Assembly: GCA_001244265.2 (NCBI GenBank)
Contig: CDLV01000011.1
Span: forward strand, 1,364,001 to 1,428,000
DNA: 64,000 nucleotides
Direction of reading: 5' to 3'
DNA from: Microbotryum violaceum
Taxonomy: Eukaryota
In this document: in pieces, positions 12,601-24,915 of the stretch
Position numbering within the stretch: the stretch's first letter is position 1
How the letters are laid out: the number at the start of each line of letters is the position of its first letter
Program-made: the position numbers and the translations under genes
The notes under the pieces: model-generated
What the model was told of the DNA's origin: nothing
What the model saw: the letters and a program-made list of their open reading frames with translations, nothing else
Database searches by the model: none

Positions 12601-15600
12601 ACACAAGTGGCTTCCCCGACTCCTAACTAGGTTGGATAGAATCGCCCTCGAGACCCGCATCAACGTTCTAGCCGTGGCTGAAAAGGAGCGCGTACGCCTA
12701 AATAAAGAAGAAGGGTTTTTAAAACGAAAGGAGCTCCGCGAAGCGGCGAAAAAAAAAGATGGGGCAAAACTCGCAAGTATGCTTCACGGAGGGTCAGTAA
12801 AGAAAACCCTTCTGCCCTGGTCAGAACCAATTGAGCCGTACGCAATTTCAGTAGACGGAGCAATGGCGAGCGAACCGGAGGCCGTAAAGGCAGAGACAAA
12901 AGCGTACTTCGAGAACTTGTTCCAGAAGGACGCGGGAGGGATCCCGCCGGAACGACCGTGGATGCACAGCCGCGCAGCAGAAAAATTTCGTGCTGAGGCC
13001 CGTGAAATGCCATTCACATGGCCACAGATACTACAAAAGAATGATCTACACAAACTCCTTCATAAAGGAAACCAAAGTCCGTCACCAGGGCCGGATGGGT
13101 TAGAAAAGCGGGTTCTGGCAGAACTAGCGGAGAGTGACTTAGAGATTGTCCGGAAACTGCTCAACTTCGTTTTGACGAACAATTATTTTGATAAGTTAAA
13201 AGATCACTATATCCTCTCGACGTATAAGAATCGAGGGCTGTATACAGAACTCAACAATTATCGAGCGGTATGTTTTGGACCTAAACTGGCGATCTTAGCG
13301 ACCTCTTGGTTGACCATGCTGGCGCAGGAGTATGCAGCGAGGCGCCACCTCATTCCAGAAACCCAGACCGCAGTACAAAGTGGGACCCAACAACGCAATC
13401 TCACAAGCTACCTCATACAAGTACAGGCATGGGCATAGCGCCACGATGAAACCATCTACGTCCTTGTACGAGATCAAAAGAAAGGCTTCGATTTACTACG
13501 AGCGAAAGCGGGATATGATGCTTACAACTTGCTTGGGCTGCCCAAGGGCAGTGGAGGATTTCGATCGCGCCCGCCTAGCACAAGGCCGGTTTTTCGTCAA
13601 AACCCCTTATGGGCCAACGGAACCATTTGCGGCCGACGGACAAATGAAGCAAGGTGACCCGCCAAACCCCCTAAGATTGGCACTCAGCATGGCAATGAGG
13701 GCATATTACCTAAGCGAGACAGAGCAGGACAATGAAGCCAGAGATGAAAACCCGACCACGCCGTTCATTCTGGAGTCAGGAAACGCCAGAAAAGGTTGTA
13801 TACATCACGAAGACGACAAAGCAGAGGTTAACCTCACAATGGTGTCTGTTATGGACGACACAATGATGTTTGCGCGCTCGCCAGAATAACTTAGCCCAAG
13901 GGCGCTACTTATGGAAACGTTTCAGGAGGCATATGGAGCTCAGACGGACTGGGGCGAAAAGACAAAGATATTCATCATAGGGGAAACACCAACCGACCTC
14001 GTAGACCAGGCAGCCACGGAACGCAGAAGAAAGTCCAAAGGCCGGGTCCTCATGCCAAAATGACAATCGAAACACCCCACGGACCCAGAGATGTCCGAGT
14101 TGCTCAGGGGCTGACATTTCTACGAACCTCACTGGACTATGAAAGCTCTCACTTTGAGACTATCATAAATGTTATCAGCTGTTCGGGGATTCCATCAATG
14201 CCCACTGACGGCGGTGCTGAGATATCTAGAACAAGCGGTGATTAGCAAGATTCGGGGAAAGCTGAGTCTTAGCCCAGTCAGCATGGACCAAGCAGAGAAA
14301 CTTGACAACTTGCTCGCGGATCAAGTCCAGCAGTACTTCAACCTACCCCTTACGGCAAGCGCTAAACTCCTATGTATGCCGATAGCAGAATTCGGCATGG
14401 AATTTTCAAGCATCTGGAGGCTTAATGCAAATATGATCGTAACAGGAGTACTACGGGATCTCAACCACCACTTGCCGACGATGCGAGCGATGGCACACGA
14501 ACCCTCTCAGACCTGGGCCGCAGGATGAACCTGATCGACGGAGAAAGCCGTCAAATCCGAACACAACTTGAGCTGATCGCACGGACAGCAAGGAAAGAGC
14601 TCCTGTCCTTGGAGACTTCCGGCCGGGGAACGAACGACGGTCAGAGTCGGCAGGCTCGATGTAGCCAACAGGAGAACGACATCATGGCAAACGTGGAAGC
14701 GCAGATCAGAGCACAGGGACTCGACCCGACACAGAAGACCCGGCAGAGCGTATGGGCAACGGATGGCTCGGTCATAGATTGGGGGACCTGTCGGACATCC
14801 ACGGCAGCAGCAGTGGTGGGCCCAGTGGACCTTAGGTTACTTCTCCCGTATTGTGCAACAATTCAGCAAGCGAAAGTTACCGCGCTCATTGTGGCGGTGA
14901 TTGCTGCACGATACATGACGTCAGACGGGGCACCGATCACTGTCATGACGGACCATCTGGGAACGGCGCGCCTCATCAAGGAGTGGCACTGGCAGGCGCA
15001 CCCAGAGCGGGTCATATCGAGGAAAATACCCAGTCTCTCGTATCACTCGTGGCTCCGAAGGTTGGTGTTGGCCACGTCAATGCTTACTGTACACCATGTG
15101 AAAGCCCACACGACGGGACAGGATGAACGGTCAATACTGAACCGAAGGGCCGACGCGGAAGCGAATCGTGCCCACAAGGATATGCATTTTGTGCTTAGGC
15201 CACCAACACATGGACTTTCAAGCTGGATGATGACGGACGATACCGAATGGATCGAAAACAATATTGGAGAGATAGTGGAGAAAAGGCTGACACAGCTTCA
15301 ACTTGGAAAATTAGCCGACACAACATGGAAGAAAATTCGCCTATTACAGTTAACAGGGATGAAACTGGAAATCTACCCCTAAAGAAAAGCGAGATCGTCG
15401 TATGCTACACTACTGCAATGGCAACTTCGAAGCTCATCACTGCCACTAGCAACAAGAATGAAGCGGCGCGGAAGTGAAGAGCACTGCGAAATCGGACTGA
15501 TCCCTCTTGCCCAGCGCAACGGGATCGGAGTTCGAAACGGAGGAGCACGTTTTTCTCAGATGCCCAAAATCGGTGAGAATCCGAGTACAACTCCAATCAG

Positions 15601-15960
15601 ACCTGAAAAACGCAACCATAGGTTTTTATCAAGGCTACAGCCGACAACGTGGGAAGGGGAACGGGAGAAATTGGTCCGTCTCGCACAAGATTTGGTATTA
15701 CAACACGGATGGTGGTATGGTGTGACGGCGTTAGCCATGGAGGCCCTACCAGAACGCCTGAGGGCGAAATTGCTGCAGACATGGCATCATGAACTGGTTA
15801 AAGGGACAGCAAGGATATGGGGTGATCGCCAAAAGGCGTGGGCGGAAACCCGTAGGAGAACATAGTGAGAGTCAAGCAAGAAGGGATGGATAGGGTGCAG
15901 CTCAATGGAGCAGTGTAGGTTGCAGTTATCGAACAGGGTAAGGGGAGCGGTTGGAAGTTG
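9650..15960 (+). mobile_element. Disabled non-LTR retrotransposon (LINE): ORF1-like coiled coil, AP endonuclease, RT, RNase H, Zn knuckle
   Basis: APE motifs SANMNG, VLTVQELK, LLGDTNA, ILDRA, GSDHKPI (~11460-12220). RT motifs SPGPDG, NYRAVC, RDQKKGFD, KQGDPPNPL, VMDD (~13080-13870). RNase H motifs WATDGS, MTDHL, HVKAHT, NRRAD (~14750-15170). Frameshifted C..C..ETEEHVFLRCP knuckle (~15505-15565). Intronless and A-rich, with many frameshifts and stops (e.g. 10615, 13436, 13887, 15380). The 5' boundary is approximate. Confidence 0.93.
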
Positions 15961-16480
15961 TTTATTTATTTATTTGATAGACTTCATTAACAGCATAATT
16001 ATATTAATACCTAGAAATATTCGGAAAAGTCGGAGGGAATGCTGTTACGCACACTGGCAGAAGCCAGTAGTGTAGGACTCAATGACCCTGAACCAGGATC
16101 AACCATACCCACTAAAACCCCCTTTGGTGTCTTACAGAGACACTAGGCGACCCTTGGACTCCTGGATAGAGGCTCGAAGCCCCTCGAACTCCGTTTCGGT
16201 GATCGGTTCCAAAAGATCCGACGAGAATCGACGACGGCGACACAGCTTCCAGATCGAGTGAAAGAAGAGGACTCGTAGTTCGACAAGTCGACGTTCCGAG
16301 CGAGACACGACCGGGCATACAAAGTCCACAAAGACTGGGTGGGGGGTCGGGGACAGAGCAGACCAGAGGCGCCGGGCAAATGGGCAGCCGACCGCGAGGT
16401 GAACCAGGCACTCGGGTGCTTCCGAGAGGCACATCACACAGGAGGTAGATCGATTGTTGGGATGTGGGCTGGTTTAGGAG
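15961..16480 (-). mobile_element. 5'-truncated 3' fragment of a second non-LTR element (L1/Tx1-like C-terminal Zn finger, 3' UTR, (TAAA)n tail)
   Basis: ORF 16132..16437 extends upstream to SCVMCLSEAPECLVHLAVGCPFARRLW...IWK.CRRRRF, a CX2C-X9-H-X4-C zf-RVT-type terminus. The + strand tttatttatttattt at 15961-15975 is an (AAAT)n tail on the minus strand. Confidence 0.75.
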
Positions 16481-16622
16481 GCGACTTGGCTTCCCGGGGT
16501 CAGGTCAGAGGCGATAGCCCAGTTAATGTGGTCCAGCGCCCGATAAGGGTCGTCTCATTGTAGACTAGCTGGAATTCAAACTCTCATTCAGAGTCGATCG
16601 CGGTCACCTGCGCAAGTCCACG

Positions 16623-16630
16623 TCACGTGA
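16623..16630. promoter_or_regulatory. TCACGTGA E-box (bHLH, Cbf1-type site) upstream of the MFS gene
   Basis: cgTCACGTGAtc about 430 bp upstream of ATG 17056. The same palindrome recurs in other intergenic regions. Confidence 0.35.
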
Positions 16631-17055
16631 TCGGTTAGTGTCGACCGCGTGAGAGTGAGAAAAGCACGATGCACCCGAAACCCATTGACCTCACTGTGAG
16701 CTCTGGCCTACGACTGAGTCGGAGCCTGCGGCAACTTGCCGGTGCTTTAAACATTTACCTACCGTAAAACCCCACCATGATCTTGAGAAGGGTTTTGTGA
16801 AGTGGTGCACTGGTGATGCATGAAAATTGCAAGCGCCCCTTGGCAGTAGTGATTTTTGAGCGATCGTGATTTATTGCTCAGCCGGCCGCCTTTGGTGGCG
16901 AGATTGTGCCGAGTGCGTCAAGTGCATGCCGAAAAAAGGCTTTCGGTAACTCGGCTCGGCGCCACCCCCCACACCCCATTTGCGTTGGCGTCTGGCACCC
17001 ATTGTGCGAAACGACCTTCGAACCCGGCTTTCGGCTGACAACCTAAGGAAACAGG

Positions 17056-19484
17056 ATGGTGTCGTGCACTTGTACACCGGCCATTGGCCCCTCGCCTTCG
17101 TCGTCGGCCGAATCTACATCGTCGACCTCGACCACTTTCTCCGACTCGCACGCGTCCGAATCGACCACCGTGGCCGGACACCGGCCTGTCGCCGAGAAAC
17201 GGGCACGAGACGGAGGAGGCACAGACCACGGCAATGGGCCCGATATCAGCTCACTGGAGCCCGTACGATCGCTAGAAATACCACCGACCGAAGGGATGTT
17301 GGCACAGCTCTCCAAGCCGCTGAGGCGCCATCGCCAGCAGCGTCAGCGGCGTCGCGAAGCGCCTTGCGGCGAGGCTCGAGCCAAGTCCGAGGCCGCCGCC
17401 TCGCCGAGCGATACGAGGCCCGGGATCAAGGCAGTGGGCCCTTGCGAATCGCTCGACGACTGCGAGAAGGCCGTATCGAAGGACGAAGAACCCCAAGTAG
17501 TCGAATGGACCTACCCTGATGGAGGTTTGCGAGCTTGGTCGGTCGTATTCGTGAGTCCACTCGTCCTTGTAATCACTCGTGGTCGGGCTCGCGCTGTCAA
17601 GTTGCCCCGCCGACGCGTGATCATCAGTTAGACCGGTCGCTGACGGTCTGGCCGGCTCCAAACGACAGGGGTGTTGGGTGTTTGCGAGCTCGCACCTCGC
17701 GTTCGGCATGACCTGGGGAGTGTTGGTCGAAGATCTGTCTCGGAACCACTACCCCAACCTCTCTCTGGCCACGCTGAATGGAGTGATGGGAGTCGCCGCT
17801 TTCCTGTGAGTGCCTCGGGATTCAAGTTGGCCGGCAGAATTATGGCGGATGTGGTAGCTGATGCAACACGGACTCATTCATTTTTAGAATGAACGGTTGG
17901 TTACCTGTGCTCTTCAGACGGGCATATTTGCCTTGATTCTGACCCCTGCTCGTTCGACAACGTTGCAGCTTTTGCTTTCATTTCCGGCCGCCTGGGCGAC
18001 AAGTTTGGCTATCGACCAATCATCGCGATCGGCTCGATCCTCTACATCATCGCACTCGTCGCATCCGCGCTTTCGGTCGATCGATTGCCGCTGCTGTTCC
18101 TCTTCCTCGGCGTGGGTGTTGGAATATCGGTTGGCTGCACCTTCCCACTCGTCTGCGCGTTGCCGTCGCAGTGGTTCCTAAAGCGAAGGGGTTTTGCTAG
18201 TGGCATTGCCGTCAGCGGAACCGGACTCGGTGGTGCGATGGCGTCCCTGATCATGCGAAGTTTGCTACCGAAATTGGTGGGGTTGAACTCTCCCTATGTT
18301 CAAAGAGCCCGCGCGGGGTTTTCTTGCTGACCAAGCTGAGTCTAAATTGGTGGGAATGTGCGCCTCCTTGCCATCCTCCAGGGCTTCAAGAAAATGCTTC
18401 TCGTTTACGCTGGTATCAATGCGTTCACCACAGCGTCGGCTTTTACTTTGCTTCGAACACGGGAACCGCTTCGTCTGCCCGGACAGCCTCGAGTGACCAA
18501 AAAGTCGGTTCCCGTCAAATCTGAGCTTGGTCTTCCCGAGAGTCGTGACTGACCCTTTACGCCTTCTCTTACAGTTGGTTACCGAAAGGAGTTTGGAGAG
18601 ACGGGACGTTCTACAGTTTCATCGCCTGTGTTTTTGTCGGAAGTGAGCCTTGATCATTTGATATTCCTGCTCAGGCGCCAAAGCATGAAGCAACTAACCA
18701 CCGTCAACCTACCCCTCAGTCTTCGGCTACCTCGTCCCTTACGCATTCTTGGTAACATACACGGTCAAGGTCGTGCCAAATTTGGGTACAGGTCTCAAGC
18801 CAGCCGCTCCGTTGATCGTGGCCAACGCCGCTAGCGGGATCGGTCGAATCTGCGCAGGGCTGGTCGCCGATCGGGCGGGACCGGTCAACATGCTCTTTGC
18901 ATCCTGGTTCTTCGGAGTGAGCAGAGACGCTCGGCAAACCCACCATCAAGCCAGTCTTGGATCTAACTTTACGAGTTCACATTTTCCAGGGCCTCCTCCA
19001 AGTTCTCTTCTGGCCCCGCGCCACGTCATTCGACGCCATCATAGCGTTCAGCGCGCTGTACGGCTTCACAGGAGCGTGGTTCGTCAGTCTGCTGCCGATG
19101 GCTGCGGCACAGCTCTTCGGAATGGAAGGTCTCTCGACGATCGTGGGGTTCATAATTCTCGTGAATGCCCCTGGTCAACTCGGCGGTGGACCTATTGGAG
19201 GGTTAGTGTTGACGGCTGCTGGAGGGGACTACAAGGTGCGTACGCCAAGAATAATGTGGGGAATACTACACGGACTCGCTGACTTAGTGCTCTGGCCCAC
19301 CTACATCTTACAGCCTGTTGCTTACTTCGGTGGAGGAACGATGATGCTCGGTTCGATCCTTCTGCTGTATGGTGAGTCGGTTCCTGGTCGTGTTCCAAGG
19401 AATGGCAACTGATCTGCGCTCATATCCTCATATCGATCATTAGCTCGTTTCGCTCGGGAACATCAGATTTTGGCCAAATTTTAG
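17056..19484 (+). CDS. MFS transporter, monocarboxylate permease (MCH/MCT)-like, multi-exon
   Basis: YPDGGLRAWSVV; SGRLGDKFGYRP; ALPSQWFLKRRGFASGIAVSGTGLGG; GRICAGLVADRAGPVN; several TM helices. Last exon ARFAREHQILAKF*. Confidence 0.9.
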
Positions 19485-19871
19485 TTCAGGGGTTGTTTTT
19501 TTGGGTAATTTAGTGGGCAAGGTGTACGTAGACACATAGGTCAGGCAATGACGATCAGAGCTGGGCATTCTGCGGTAGTGGGTGCATCAGAAAGTCGTTT
19601 GCGTGGTTCAGTGGGCGGGCGGGATCCGGGATGGGACCCCCGTCACTGGAGAGGCCGAGCGGCTTTACTTGCGCTAGGACCCCCCGGGGCAGCAGGGGGC
19701 AGCCGGCAGCCCGTCGCGTCGATACGCGTCGCGCTCCTGAATCTACGCTCGCGTCTTGTCACTGCGCATTGCCTCCAGACCACGCTTAACGCTTGGCCCA
19801 CAAGATTCAAGCGCACGATTATTTTGACCACACGAGGACTAACGTCGACCACCAACCACCGACCACCGACC

Positions 19872-21939
19872 ATGTCGACATACCTAGCCGAGTCACTCAA
19901 CTCGATCGCGCGAAGCAGCGCCTTGATCGATGCGCTCTCGTTTCGTCGTGACCAAGCCATGCCCCGCGCGATCCTAGCCACCGAAAAACAATTCGAAGCC
20001 TACATGATCCGCGATGCCGAGCCGTACGAATTAGCCCTGTTCCGCCCTACGCTCGAGTCTCGTTATGACGCGCTCGACGGCGACTTGATCGACGAAGATG
20101 ACGCGGGGACTGCCTTTGGCGCTTCGGGCGGGGCTGGATCGGTTCTGGGGGCAGAAGAGAAATGGACGGCTACAAAGAGGGGTGGACCGCAAAGGGCTAA
20201 TATGTTTGAGAAAGCGAGTCCTCTCAAGGAACGCAAGGGGACTGCCGCGGCAGAGGATCCTGATAGGTGTTTGAGGGCCGCGCTCAAACTGCTCAGCATC
20301 TAGTGAGTACCGTCCGGCTGATGAGCCTGAGCACAGAGATACTGAGTGTTTCTGTTCATAGTTCACTTCCGAGGGCGACCGAGCATGTCGAAGCGTTGCA
20401 ACACCAGTTCAATGGCCTACTCGAGACGATGATCGAACACGAGGAAGCGCTCAAGAAGGTGGGCAAGATTCTTCGCCGGGCATGCGGGTTGCCATTCATA
20501 CTGATGTTACTTACTTCCTCTCTCTCATTGGTTCCTAGCCTCTTGCACGTGCAGCAACGGATCCCCATGAGCAAGAGCTCCAGCGCGCAGCTGACATCGA
20601 GGAGGCGATTAAGCGCGAGCAGATGGAGATTTTTGCGCTCCAGCAGATCCATACGGAGAAGCAAGCAGAGGTAAGAACAGAGCACATCAAGTGATCCTAT
20701 CTTCAATTTCAGCTGATGGATTGTTTCGTCGCCAACAGGTTGCTGCTGCGTCTTCTAAGATTAGAACGCGACGCATTCCAATGGCAAAAGCCCCTCTCCC
20801 TGGTCCCGGGGAGGCGAACCCTTTCGCAAAGTCGGATATGCTTGAAAAGCGAGCCGAAGCAGTTGCGTCTCAAGAAACTCCTGCACGAGCTTCTGGTGCT
20901 CAGCCGACGTCAGCTTCTAGAACCACGCCGCGTGCCAATCGCGGCATGAACTCAGCGACAGCTAGTCCTCGTTCCCCAGTCAAGTCAACACCTCCACCGA
21001 AATCGCCTGCTGCTCACAGTCCGGCCACAGGGACGCCTAAACGAACTCCTATAACCACATCATCTCCGGGCTCTAGCCGCAAAACTACGCCTCGAGCTGC
21101 CCGTACACCAGCTGGGGTGAGTTTGAGCCCCGCCAAAGCGTCACCCAAGAAGTCCAAGGACGTTGAACTGCTTCCTTCCGGCGTCACGGCGGCCGACTTG
21201 GTCCAGTATTCGGTGCGTGCACAGGCTGATCCGCTGTAGAGAGCATGTGTCAGAATGCTCATCTTGTGTCAGCCGCATTCAGACCAAGCTCTGGGCAACA
21301 CTCGGAGGTCCGATCCGACCGTGGGCTCGGGAAGCGCTTCCACCACAGGATGCCGCAGAGGCTCCGGCCAAAGGAGTCTTGTCCATCGCCGACACACTGT
21401 AAGTCTTTCTAGTTCACAACAGCGAGAGCGCGACAGGGAGCTCATACGCAACTCCTCAAATCAGGGCCACTCTTCGCACGGCGATCGACGCCGCCTCTAC
21501 GGCCCCTGTCGAACCCGTTTCGCCAGCCCGAAGTCACGCCACGACTACAATAACGAACGAGGACGACCCTCTGCCTCCTTCATCTGCATTAGCGATGGAA
21601 TATGAGGCGCTCAACCTGATCCTGTCAACCCTTTCGCGCACACCCTTGGTCCCTCCACCCTCATCTTCCTTGCCCCCTCTGTCCATTACTCTCCGCGACG
21701 CTGTACTCCCTTCATCGCTTGGGAGCGCAGGAGCAGCTACATTCGTCGCTCCTCCACCGGGGAAGAAGGAACCCATGATCTCGATGAATGCGCTCAAGTT
21801 GCATCTCAGCGACTTCGCCAAGGCGCGAGGATGGGCCGAGGATCTCGTCACGCCGACAATTTATTCGCTCGTTTCGAAGCAGGTTCTGAGGATTGATCGG
21901 AGGGGTAAGGAGGGTCCGATGTTGGGCTTCAAGGTTTGA
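19872..21939 (+). CDS. SPC34: DASH/Dam1 complex subunit Spc34-like, with a long C-terminal extension
   Basis: N-terminus MSTYLAESLNSIARSSALIDALSF...MIRDAEPYELALF matches the Spc34 pattern (L..I....I..L.F...IRD.E..E..LF). Also DPDRCLRAALKLLSIY and the coiled coil DIEEAIKREQMEIFALQQ. Further spliced exons continue to TGA at 21939. Confidence 0.78.
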
Positions 21940-22368
21940 TTGGCTTTCTGGGGGCTTTTTTCACTTTTTGGGATGGAATGGTCGTCTATTTGTGTTGGGA
22001 TCTGCTGGATTTGGATACTTGAAGTTGAAGACTATCGGTCGAATTTACGAGACACCGATGAAGCACGGCCAGGGAAAAGGTGACGCGTCGTCTAAGAGTT
22101 GGACAAAGCAGCGAGATTCAAGAATAATACGAAACATGGGTATCGTCATGTCGATGCGTATGAGTCTGTTATGTTCCTGTTTCAGCTCGACGGATCAACT
22201 GACTAGCTGGCAGAGTGTGCCTGACCAGTGTAGGAATTTGTCGGAATCAGCGATCGACCGCGGACGCCGCCGCGTCAATGTCTTGCTTCCGCGATGCACG
22301 CAGCGGATTGTGTCGACACGTCCTCCAAGCTCATGGACCGGTAACCCCAGCGCCTTCGAACAGTAAAG

Positions 22369-23935
22369 ATGCTGTTATGTTGCATCAAAGCTTGGGGTCG
22401 TTGGCCAATGTACTCACTGCTGTTCTTTCTCAGCATCTTGATTGCCGTAAGCGCCAGGAATGAGGATGACCTTCCGAGCTTCTTTGATCGATTGCCACCT
22501 TCCAAACCTCGACCGATCGATAAAGGTTTCACGTACGTCTTGTATTCACTCCGATACTCTCACTAAGCGCATGTCGGTGTCGCTCGATTTGGCGCCGAAC
22601 GAGTCTCCGCGATGTGCCCCACACGAGCTGTGCTAGAGTGCTGATCTTTGCCTCTTCCCCTCTTGCACAGGATGATCATTGCAACATACCAAAGGGACGA
22701 GATCTTACATTCACTATTGGCGTATCTGACGAGGAATCCGCCACACTCACTACGTCACCTCGTCATCGTCTGGCAAAACGTTGGCATACCTCTACCCGAG
22801 TTTCTTCAACCTTCGGGAATCAAGTCACTCGTTGCGCCCATCCTCCGCGATCGAATCAATGTCGTTGTTAGAGCTTCCAAGGTCAACTCGATGAACGAAC
22901 GCTTCCGCCCGTTGTTAGATTGGGATCAGGAGATCCCTACGGAGGACGTGATGATTTTTGACGACGACCTCGTCTTGCCTTGGACAACGATCGAATGGGG
23001 GTACCAACGATTTCGGGAGAATCAAGAGAGGATCGTTGGGTTTGCAGGGCGGGATTACATCGCGCCTCATGACAAGCTATTGACGGGCGTCGATGGAAAA
23101 GCCGAGAACGACCCTTCGGAGGGCTCACCTGTCGACTACAATGCCCAGCCGACGAGAGTCTACTCGATGGTGCTTAGCAACGCGGCATTCATGAAGAAGA
23201 AATGGCTTGAGCATTATTGGCAAGGGACGCAAGAGTATCGAATGCTAAGGAACTATGTCGATGAAGGTGAGTGGGACATACGACTCATCCTTCTGCGCAC
23301 AGGGGGAATGACTTTTATTCGCTTTCCCACCAATCCCAGTCTTCAACTGCGACGACATCTTGATCAACTTTGTCGTCTCCAACTTGACTCGTCGTGCGCC
23401 TTTGCTTCTAAAGTCGCAAGTGCCATTGCGATCTATACCTTCTAAAGGCTTGTGGAATCGAGGCTTCGACGACGATGACGAGGAGGAGCCCGCATCCTCC
23501 CACGGTGCCTCGGAACCTCCCAAGATTGATCACTTCACTCAACGAGGGCTGTGTCTGTCACACTACTTCAACGTCTTTTCTAAATATGACACCTCTGTCT
23601 CTGGCCTCTCTCGTTCCAGCATACCAAGCTACTACCCGTTGCTGCGGTGCGACTACTCGATCTCGAAAAAGATCGAAGACGAGGCGAGAGCGATCAAGCC
23701 GATGGAACAATGGGACGAGCCCGCGTGGGCTCTCGACAAGCGCGATTGGGAGCAGACTGCTTTTGAACGAGAGGAGAATCGAAGGCTCGCTGAGGCACTC
23801 GAGTCCATGAGCGAGCAAGAAGTGCAAGACTGGCTACAGAGCCTTGAGGATAGGGAGGGTGGCGACACGGACGGAGCGGCCACGAAAGGCGACGCGGATG
23901 AGTCGGTGGCGGCCGAGGTGCATGACGAGCTGTGA
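22369..23935 (+). CDS. Glycosyltransferase family 64 (EXTL2/exostosin C-terminal-like)
   Basis: Hydrophobic N-terminus; FT|MIIATYQR; LVIVWQN; SMNERFRP; DxD in VMIFDDD; RIVGFAGR; YSMVLSNAAF; YVDE|VFNCDDILINFVVSN; QRGLCLSHYF; ends HDEL. The start may instead be ATG 22408. Confidence 0.88.
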
Positions 23936-24896
23936 GAGTCCCATACGGAGACGGTCTTGTTTTGATCGTCATGAGAAGGCGGCTTCGGCTATCATTGTTG
24001 CAAATGCATATTGAAGGGTTCTCGCTTACATTCACATAGCGCGTCTACCCTGTGACAACTCAGATTTAGATACCGCCATATTGACCGAATAATGCAAAGT
24101 GAGAGATTTGTAAGCGGTCGATCAACGGGAGCAGGAGAAGCACCACAGATCACCCAAGCCAGCAATTGATGAGCACACACGAGCACAAGCCAGAAGGTCG
24201 AAACACGAGCAAAACCGGAACCTCAGTGTAGAGGTGCCCGAGACCGACGGCGGGATACTCCTCTTGAGGGAAGGAGAGCGCGGTGGACACACTCTGCGGT
24301 GTTTTTCGGTGAATAGGATGAGGTTGAAGTGCTTTGAGGTGACCTTCTCACATACGAAGGCCTTACTTCGAGGAACGTCGTACCAATGATCGCTGTAGGC
24401 TGGCCGGCGGTGATGATGTCCTCCCGGAGTGGTTCCGACAGGGGGCGACTCGATGCACGGGCCCCGACGCGCGAGTCGCCATGCAGACGACTGAAACGAC
24501 TCAGAGGGCGGCGCATCACCCCTGCTACGGCGCTAAGCTCACTTGCGGCTTGCGAAACGGCCATGTTCCACCTAATACTTGGAGCACCTTCGCTGCCCCT
24601 GGACTAATGCTTTGACGATCCCGTTGACATTCCTTCCGACACGGAGCGACCTGGGATGGGTGCAGGCTTGCCTGTGACAATTCTGCGAGCTGACGGGTGA
24701 GGTCCGAGGATTGGCGATCGAGAGGAGCAGCGCAGCTCCGAAGACGAGCAGGTCTGACGGACAGTATACTTGGCCTCTCATCGAGCTAAGCTGCGCTGTC
24801 GGTGAGCTAGGCAAACGTTGGGGAGCGGGGGTATGTCGCAGGGATCAGGATTCCCGAGCAGAACTAAGGAATGAGAACGCCTTCACAAGTACTAGC

Positions 24897-24915
24897 GTGA
24901 CATGTCACGTGACAT
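24897..24915. promoter_or_regulatory. Overlapping palindromes GTGACATGTCAC / ATGTCACGTGACAT (E-box core)
   Basis: A perfect 12-bp and a perfect 14-bp palindrome overlap in intergenic DNA. Confidence 0.4.

Noticed and set aside
16565..16590. tRNA T-loop-like gagagtttgaattcc on the minus strand
   Set aside because: No acceptor stem, D arm or anticodon arm.
15940..16600. Target-site duplications for either LINE
   Set aside because: No matching flanking direct repeat found. The shared accgcgaggt at 9311 and 16391 is internal to the second ORF and probably chance.
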